A stretch of 32,000 nucleotides of DNA. Source: Methanothermus fervidus DSM 2088. Lineage in GTDB: Archaea; Methanobacteriota; Methanobacteria; DSM-2088; Methanothermaceae. The translations under genes and the position numbers were made by a program. The number at the start of each line of letters is the position of its first letter. Positions within the stretch are counted from its first letter, which is position 1. Below the pieces are notes generated by a model. That model did no database searches. It had not been told where the DNA came from and worked only from the letters and a program-made list of their open reading frames with translations. Location of the stretch: assembly GCA_000166095.1 (NCBI GenBank), contig CP002278.1, positions 900,001 to 932,000 of the forward strand, written 5' to 3'. This document shows positions 26,403 through 32,000 of this stretch, piece by piece.

Positions 26403-28241
26403 ATGAGAAAAATGTTTATTCCGACACTGTTCTTCTTAAGTCTCTTGCTTGTGAATACAGCTCATGCCGCCAAAGTTGTATATGTCCATGAAAATGGTAG
26501 TGACATATATGATGGTAGTTCTTGGACTCATGCCTTGAAAACATTGAATAAAAGTATTGATATTGTGGAAAATGGTGGGATTATATATGCCTGTGGAAAA
26601 TTTCAGGCGAGCAATATAACAATAAATAAAAATTTAAGTATTGTTGGTAAAAACACGACAATATTTGATGGAAGTGGGAGTGGAATTTTGGAAATAACTC
26701 CAGGAAACACTGTTAAACTGGTTAATTTAATATTTGTAAATGGTAATAGGACAGAAGGCGGAGCAATAATTAATAAAGGATGTTTAATAATTGAAAATTG
26801 TACTTTTATAAATAACACGGCAATATATGGAGGGGCTATTAGAAGTTATGGCAACTTAACAATTAAAAATTCATTGTTTAAAAGTAATGTGGCATTTACA
26901 GATGAAGGTCGTGGGGGAGCAATTAACTGTGATGGAGCCCAAGAAACTAAAATAGAAAATTGTGAATTTTGGGATGGCATTGCTCCTCATAACGGCGGTG
27001 CTATATATGGTTGGCAATCAGGATATATTTATATAAAAAATTGTAAATTTGTTCGAAATAAGGCTCCAAATCCTGCTCATGGCGGTGCAATTTACGTTAG
27101 ATGGACAAATGTTGTGATAGAAAATTCTGAATTTATAAACAATACAGCAGAAGTTGGAGGAGCATTAAGAAATCATGATGGAGTAATGAAAATAGTAAAT
27201 TGTACATTTATAGGCAATATTGCAAGTGGTTGGAAAAAAAGAGGTCCAATAGGCGGTGCATTAGAAAATGGTCTTAATATGACAATAGAGAATTCTACAT
27301 TCATAAATAATTTTGCAGAAAAACAAGGGGGAGCGATTAATAATTATGGTACACTAATAATTAAAGGCTGCAGTTTTCTTAATAATAAATCTCCTAGAGG
27401 ATCAGCGATTTATAATAGCAATGGAACTTTAACAGTTTCATTTTCAAGATTCGTTGACAATGAAGGAGACGTTGATATAAATTCTACAAATCAAAATGTA
27501 ACCGCTGAATTAAATTGGTGGGGTCAAAATAATCCTGACTTTAGTAAAAGAGTGGCAGGGTTTAATGTTACAAAATGGTTAGTACTTAAAGTAATTCCAA
27601 TACCTGAAAGATCTGAAATTAAAGTGTCAATCACAAGTGATAATTATGGAAACCAATATGACCCCAAAGATGGCTGTATTCCACCAACACCAGTGTTGTT
27701 TAAATTAGATCCATCTTCAAATGCTAGTGGAATTTTAAAACCAGAATACTGTCTTACAGACAATGGAGAATGCATAAGTAAATTTATAACAATAAAGCCA
27801 GGAACTGCTATCATAACAACTACAGTAGACCATGAAACTATTAGTACAAGGATGGAAGCATCAATCCAAAACAAAACCTTCACAATAACCCTAACAAACT
27901 TAGGAAAATCAACAATAACCATAAAATATTACATCTCAATCTACACAAATCCAGTTAATGGAACTAAAGTCAGCTATAGAGAATTAACAATAACTCTAAA
28001 GCCAAATGAAACAAAAACAATAGAGTTAGGTAAATATCCATTTAAATATGCAGTATCTGGAACAATGATTGTCAAAAATCCATCAAGATATAGAATTCCA
28101 TTAAATCTAAGAATAAAATATGAAATTGAGGGATTGAATCCACAGATGAGGGAGATAAGTAAATACATAGCTCCAAGGGGAGAATTTAGGTATATAGCTA
28201 GATATACAGGGAAAGAAGAAGGATATGCTGATGTTTGGTGA
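26403..28241 (+). CDS. Secreted right-handed beta-helix protein with polymorphic-membrane-protein-type 'GGAI' repeats (adhesin-like protein)
   Basis: AGGAGGTGA RBS; signal peptide [22 protein letters not shown]|AK. Nine G-G-A-I/L (one G-S-A-I) units spaced about 22-30 aa apart with N-x-F-x-x-N-x-A spacing. About 22 NxS/T sequons. No C-terminal TM helix. Confidence 0.8.
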   Translation: MRKMFIPTLFFLSLLLVNTAHAAKVVYVHENGSDIYDGSSWTHALKTLNKSIDIVENGGIIYACGKFQASNITINKNLSIVGKNTTIFDGSGSGILEITPGNTVKLVNLIFVNGNRTEGGAIINKGCLIIENCTFINNTAIYGGAIRSYGNLTIKNSLFKSNVAFTDEGRGGAINCDGAQETKIENCEFWDGIAPHNGGAIYGWQSGYIYIKNCKFVRNKAPNPAHGGAIYVRWTNVVIENSEFINNTAEVGGALRNHDGVMKIVNCTFIGNIASGWKKRGPIGGALENGLNMTIENSTFINNFAEKQGGAINNYGTLIIKGCSFLNNKSPRGSAIYNSNGTLTVSFSRFVDNEGDVDINSTNQNVTAELNWWGQNNPDFSKRVAGFNVTKWLVLKVIPIPERSEIKVSITSDNYGNQYDPKDGCIPPTPVLFKLDPSSNASGILKPEYCLTDNGECISKFITIKPGTAIITTTVDHETISTRMEASIQNKTFTITLTNLGKSTITIKYYISIYTNPVNGTKVSYRELTITLKPNETKTIELGKYPFKYAVSGTMIVKNPSRYRIPLNLRIKYEIEGLNPQMREISKYIAPRGEFRYIARYTGKEEGYADVW

Positions 28242-28278
28242 TTCTTTTTTTATTTTTTTAAATTTTGTGGTGATAAAA

Positions 28279-29055
28279 TTGGAAATTGATTGGAATGAAT
28301 TGTGGAAAGAAAAAATAAAAATTTATTCTAAAAATATTGATTGGGATTCACGAGCTAAAAAATTTAATAAAGCTATAAAATGCAATAATGATTATTCAAT
28401 CAATGTGTTAAAAAGAATTAAATTAGATCCAGAATGGAGTGTTCTTGATGTTGGATGTGGTCCTGGAACTCTTGCAATACCAATAGCAAAAGAAGTTAAG
28501 CATGTCACAGCAGTTGATATCTCTAAAGAAATGTTAAAGCTACTAAAAAAGAATGCTGAAAAAGAAGGTATATCAAACATAAATATTGTAAATGCTGATT
28601 TTAAAGACATTGACATTGAAAAAATAAAACCTCATGACGTTGTAATTGCCTCAAGGTTTTGTGGATTAACCGGTGACTTAAAATACGAATTAAAAAAGTT
28701 GGATTCATTAGCAAAAAAATATGTTTATATAACTTCATTAGCACAAGACAGAAAATTAAATCTTAAAATTTATAAAGCATTAGGCAAGCCTATTTTTCCA
28801 ACTTATATATTTATCTACAATGTCCTGTATCAACTAGGAATTTTTGCAAATGTTGAAATATTTGATTCTAAAATCTACCAGGTTTTTAAAAATATAGATG
28901 AGGCTGTGAATGATTGGAAATGGTTTATGAAACTAAATAAAAAAGAAGAAAAAATTTTAAGGAATATAATATCTTCAAATCTTAAAAAAACTCAAAATGG
29001 TTTTATTTATCAAGACAAAGTTAAGTGGGCATTAATTTGGTGGAGAAAGTTGTAG
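28279..29055 (+). CDS. Class I SAM-dependent methyltransferase
   Basis: VLDVGCGPGTLAIPIA (motif I) and VTAVDIS (motif II). TTG at 28279 lies 5 nt after GGTGA; the track ATG at 28225 overlaps the upstream gene and adds a hydrophobic non-homologous leader. Confidence 0.75.
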   Translation: MEIDWNELWKEKIKIYSKNIDWDSRAKKFNKAIKCNNDYSINVLKRIKLDPEWSVLDVGCGPGTLAIPIAKEVKHVTAVDISKEMLKLLKKNAEKEGISNINIVNADFKDIDIEKIKPHDVVIASRFCGLTGDLKYELKKLDSLAKKYVYITSLAQDRKLNLKIYKALGKPIFPTYIFIYNVLYQLGIFANVEIFDSKIYQVFKNIDEAVNDWKWFMKLNKKEEKILRNIISSNLKKTQNGFIYQDKVKWALIWWRKL

Positions 29056-29110
29056 TAACTACATAATAATATATAAAATTTGCTACTTTTTGTCAAGTGA
29101 AAATTGTAAT

Positions 29111-29130
29111 AAAAAATTTAAAAATATATT
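29111..29130 (+). promoter_or_regulatory. Candidate BRE/TATA (AAAAAATTTAAAAATATATT) for the fwd operon
   Basis: AT box about 25-35 nt upstream of the GTG/ATG at 29149/29155, implying a very short or absent leader. Confidence 0.35.
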
Positions 29131-29148
29131 GTAGTAAAAACACATGGG

Positions 29149-29619
29149 GTGAAAATGCCATCACATTTAGCCTCAGCCCTGAAGTGTATAACCGCAATAA
29201 AACTCAAAAAACAAGGATTATCACAAGCTAAAATATCTAAATTGCTTGGTATAAATAGATCAACGGTTTCTCATTATTTACACGGCAGAAATGTCTCTCC
29301 AAAATCACTAAAGGTAGCAAAAATAATAATCAATTTTTGTCCAAGAGATTTCATACTTTTTGTACAGAGTGTTATAGAAAAAAAAGAAGAAGTAAAAACA
29401 ATAGTAAAGACATGTCAAAATAGAAACTTCAAAGTTCTTGTAAAAGATTCTTGTATTGGATGCGGAACATGTAGTGAAAAATGTCCTATGGATGCCATAA
29501 AAATTTCAGGGCTGAAGGCTAAAGTAAATTCTAAATTATGTTGCGGATGTGAATTTTGTATTAAAGTTTGTAAAACAAATTCAATTGAAATTATGGAGGT
29601 AAAAAACAATGGAAATTGA
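29149..29619 (+). CDS. HTH domain fused to a 2x[4Fe-4S] ferredoxin domain, in the fwdH position of the fwd operon
   Basis: N-terminal [23 protein letters not shown] helix-turn-helix. C-terminal [12 protein letters not shown] and [11 protein letters not shown] cluster motifs. The 3' end overlaps the fwdF start by 11 nt. Confidence 0.7.
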   Translation: MKMPSHLASALKCITAIKLKKQGLSQAKISKLLGINRSTVSHYLHGRNVSPKSLKVAKIIINFCPRDFILFVQSVIEKKEEVKTIVKTCQNRNFKVLVKDSCIGCGTCSEKCPMDAIKISGLKAKVNSKLCCGCEFCIKVCKTNSIEIMEVKNNGN

Positions 29620-30634
29620 GACTATACATGAAAGATCTGGTAAAGAAACTAGAGAATTAATATTTAATGAAGAAAAATGCAATGTTTGTGGCCTTTGTGA
29701 AAAAATTTGCCCTGTTAACGCTATTGAGGTATCTCCTCCTGGTGCAGTAGTTAGGGAAGAAAACATATCAAAATTAATTCTAGATGAAGACAAATGCGTA
29801 CTTTGTGGTATGTGTAGTTCTATATGTCCATATGATGCATTAGATTTACAAATTGACAAAAAATCTATCAAAGATATTCCTGAATATCCTACTTTAATAA
29901 AATCTTCTGAAATTGATGAAGAAAAATGCATATATTGTAAATCATGTGAAATAGTTTGCCCCCAAGGAGCTATTACAATAACAAGAGAACTTCCTGAAAG
30001 ATCTGAATTAGTGACAGGGGAAATTGAAATAGATAAAGATAAATGTATATTCTGTGGTGTTTGTGAGGAAATGTGTCCAGCAGCAGCTATAGAAATAGAA
30101 TGGAAAGAACCTACATCTATTGATCCATCAACTGCTAACGATATACGGGTAGATGAGAAAAAATGTGTATATTGTATGATTTGTAAAAGAGTTTGTCCTG
30201 TAAATGCAATAAAAGTGATATGTAAAGTTTGTCCATACGGAGAATACGAAATAAAAGAACCAGAAATAAAAGGAAGTACATATATAGACTCAGAATTATG
30301 TGTTAATTGTGGATGGTGTCAGGAAACATGTCCAGTTGATGCTATAAAAATTGAGAAACCATTTGAAGGAACTGTGGAAATAAATGAGGAATTATGTCAA
30401 GGATGTGCAACATGTGTCGAGGTATGTCCATGTAATGCATTATCATTCCCAAAACCATCAAAACCTGGAGAAAAACCACAAAAATTACACATAGAAGAAA
30501 AATTCTGTGTTTATTGTGGCGCTTGTGAAAAAGCTTGTCCAACAGATGCAATAAAAGTTAGGAGAACTAATATAAAACATACGCCAATATTATCAAAAGC
30601 TTGGAAAGTAAGATTCGACAGTCTAAAAGAATAA
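29609..30634 (+). CDS. fwdF: Formylmethanofuran dehydrogenase polyferredoxin subunit F (8 x [4Fe-4S])
   Basis: Eight CxxCxxCxxxCP motifs counted: [96 protein letters not shown]. Confidence 0.9.
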   Translation: MEIETIHERSGKETRELIFNEEKCNVCGLCEKICPVNAIEVSPPGAVVREENISKLILDEDKCVLCGMCSSICPYDALDLQIDKKSIKDIPEYPTLIKSSEIDEEKCIYCKSCEIVCPQGAITITRELPERSELVTGEIEIDKDKCIFCGVCEEMCPAAAIEIEWKEPTSIDPSTANDIRVDEKKCVYCMICKRVCPVNAIKVICKVCPYGEYEIKEPEIKGSTYIDSELCVNCGWCQETCPVDAIKIEKPFEGTVEINEELCQGCATCVEVCPCNALSFPKPSKPGEKPQKLHIEEKFCVYCGACEKACPTDAIKVRRTNIKHTPILSKAWKVRFDSLKE

Positions 30635-30649
30635 AAGGAGGTTCTAAAA

Positions 30650-30898
30650 TTGGCATTGGAATTAAAAGTATATCCAGACCTTTGTCATGGTTGTGGAAAT
30701 TGTGTTGTAGCCTGCCCTGTAAATGCATCAAATAATCCTGACGTTGCAGGAGGAAAAGGTCCAACAGAAGACAATAAATTGGTTATAATAGTTGAAGATG
30801 GAACTGTAACTATTTTAAATCCTGAATTGTGTGAAAAATGTGGAACATGCGTTGAATCTTGCCCTGTTGACGCAATAAGATTGGAGGAATCAAAATGA
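30650..30898 (+). CDS. fwdG: Formylmethanofuran dehydrogenase subunit G (2 x [4Fe-4S] ferredoxin)
   Basis: TTG start after AAGGAGG; CHGCGNCVVACP and CEKCGTCVESCP; 82 aa. Confidence 0.9.
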   Translation: MALELKVYPDLCHGCGNCVVACPVNASNNPDVAGGKGPTEDNKLVIIVEDGTVTILNPELCEKCGTCVESCPVDAIRLEESK

Positions 30899-31278
30899 AG
30901 GCAATATTAAATACAGGAAGGACAATATGGCAAGGACAGGCAATAGAAGCAGGTAAGGATTTAGATTTATATATAGATGCAGCAGCTGTTGTATATATGA
31001 ATCGTGAAATGATGAATGAATTAGGAGTAAAGGAAGGAGATAATGTTAAGGTCAAATCAAAATATGGAGAAGTAGTTGTTAAAGTTGTAGAAGCAAAAGA
31101 ACCCTTACCAGAAGGGATGATATATATTCCTATGGGTCCTTGGGCAAATAAGGTTGTTAGACCAAATACCGATTCTACTGCAACACCAAGTTTTAAAAAT
31201 GTTCCTGTTGAAGTGGAACCAACTGATGAAGAAGTTCCCGACATGCCTACTTTAATGAAAACTTATGGAAAAGAATAG
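30895..31278 (+). CDS. fwdD: Formylmethanofuran dehydrogenase subunit D (molybdopterin-dinucleotide-binding beta-barrel)
   Basis: ATGA overlap with fwd[11 protein letters not shown]...[14 protein letters not shown]...[10 protein letters not shown] is typical of FwdD/FmdD. Confidence 0.9.
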   Translation: MKAILNTGRTIWQGQAIEAGKDLDLYIDAAAVVYMNREMMNELGVKEGDNVKVKSKYGEVVVKVVEAKEPLPEGMIYIPMGPWANKVVRPNTDSTATPSFKNVPVEVEPTDEEVPDMPTLMKTYGKE

Positions 31279-31291
31279 GGGTGAATTAAAA

Positions 31292-32000
31292 ATGGAATAC
31301 ATAATAAAGAATGGTTTTGTTTACTGTCCTTTAAATAATATTGACGGAGAAAAAATGGATATTTGTGTAAAAGATGGTAAAATTGTTGAAGATGTAAGTA
31401 GCGATGCCAAAATAATAGATGCGAGCGGAAAAATAGTAATGCCTGGTGGTGTAGACCCACATGCACATTTAGCTGGAGGAAAAGTAAACGTTGGACGAAT
31501 GTATCGTCCTGAAGATAGTAGACGGGATGTTGAACCTAAAATTAAAGGAGGAAGATCTGGTAGTGGATTTTCAGTGCCTTCAACTTTTATGGCTGGATAT
31601 AGATTCGCACGTATGGGTTATACAACTGTAATGGAAGCTGCAATGCCTCCTTTATTAGCAAGACATACACATGAAGAATTCCATGATACTCCAATCGTTG
31701 ACCATGCTGCATATCCGCTATTTGGTAACAATTGGTTTGTAATGGAATATTTAAAAGAAGGTGATATAGACTCATGTGCAGCATATGTGTCTTGGTTGTT
31801 AGAAGCAACAAAAGGATATACCATTAAAATTGTAAATCCTGGAGGAACTGAAGCTTGGGGATGGGGAGGTAACGTACATAGTTTGGATGATCCAGTACCT
31901 TATTTTGAGATTACACCAAGAGAAATAATAAGAGGTCTTGCTGAAGTAAATGAAAAACTTCAACTACCACATTCAATACACTTACACTGCAACAATTTAG
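31292..32000 (+). CDS. fwdA: Formylmethanofuran dehydrogenase subunit A (amidohydrolase), 5' part running off the right edge
   Basis: ATG at 31292 after [20 protein letters not shown]...[25 protein letters not shown] is the FwdA N-terminus. Open to the window end and absent from the ORF track because there is no stop. Confidence 0.9.
   Translation, partial: MEYIIKNGFVYCPLNNIDGEKMDICVKDGKIVEDVSSDAKIIDASGKIVMPGGVDPHAHLAGGKVNVGRMYRPEDSRRDVEPKIKGGRSGSGFSVPSTFMAGYRFARMGYTTVMEAAMPPLLARHTHEEFHDTPIVDHAAYPLFGNNWFVMEYLKEGDIDSCAAYVSWLLEATKGYTIKIVNPGGTEAWGWGGNVHSLDDPVPYFEITPREIIRGLAEVNEKLQLPHSIHLHCNNL

Noticed and set aside
1-32000. Search for tRNA/rRNA genes, CRISPR repeats, IS elements, integrases, toxin-antitoxin pairs and recognisable defence systems
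   Set aside because: None seen. The intergenic regions are too short and lack the GC-rich stems expected for structured RNAs in an AT-rich thermophile. The only SF1 helicase is the conserved Upf1/IGHMBP2-like housekeeping type, with no nuclease or methylase partner.

Overview
AT-rich, tightly packed archaeal chromosome segment with short or overlapping intergenic gaps and Shine-Dalgarno-like GGAGG/GGTGA sites. It is almost certainly from a methanogen of the Methanobacteriales type. Supporting evidence: the start of a tungsten formylmethanofuran dehydrogenase operon in the order H-like/F/G/D/A, the coenzyme-B genes aksA and aksD, a small His-rich CbiX/CfbA-type chelatase, 2-phosphoglycerate kinase (cyclic-2,3-diphosphoglycerate pathway of thermophilic methanogens), a fused tandem PurE, FEN-1 and Cdc48. 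The K/E/I-rich proteins suggest a thermophile. I found no rRNA, tRNA, CRISPR array, transposase or integrase; most of the window is core metabolism and information processing. Four regions stand out. (1) A translationally coupled radical-SAM / small 2-TM protein / PgaC-IcaA-like processive glycosyltransferase module at 8.2-10.8 kb. (2) A secreted-protein island at 24.0-29.1 kb directly upstream of fwd. It holds a Pro/Thr-stalked, membrane-anchored protein with Cys-less FmdE-like repeats, a heavily sequon-decorated beta-helix 'GGAI'-repeat protein, and a methyltransferase. (3) An HTH-ferredoxin fusion heading the fwd operon. (4) A cbiMNQ locus with a frameshifted cbiM and no cbiO. Several gene starts in the supplied ORF track look over-extended, and I re-set them using RBS spacing. 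All homology calls come from by-eye motif recognition, not from searches.
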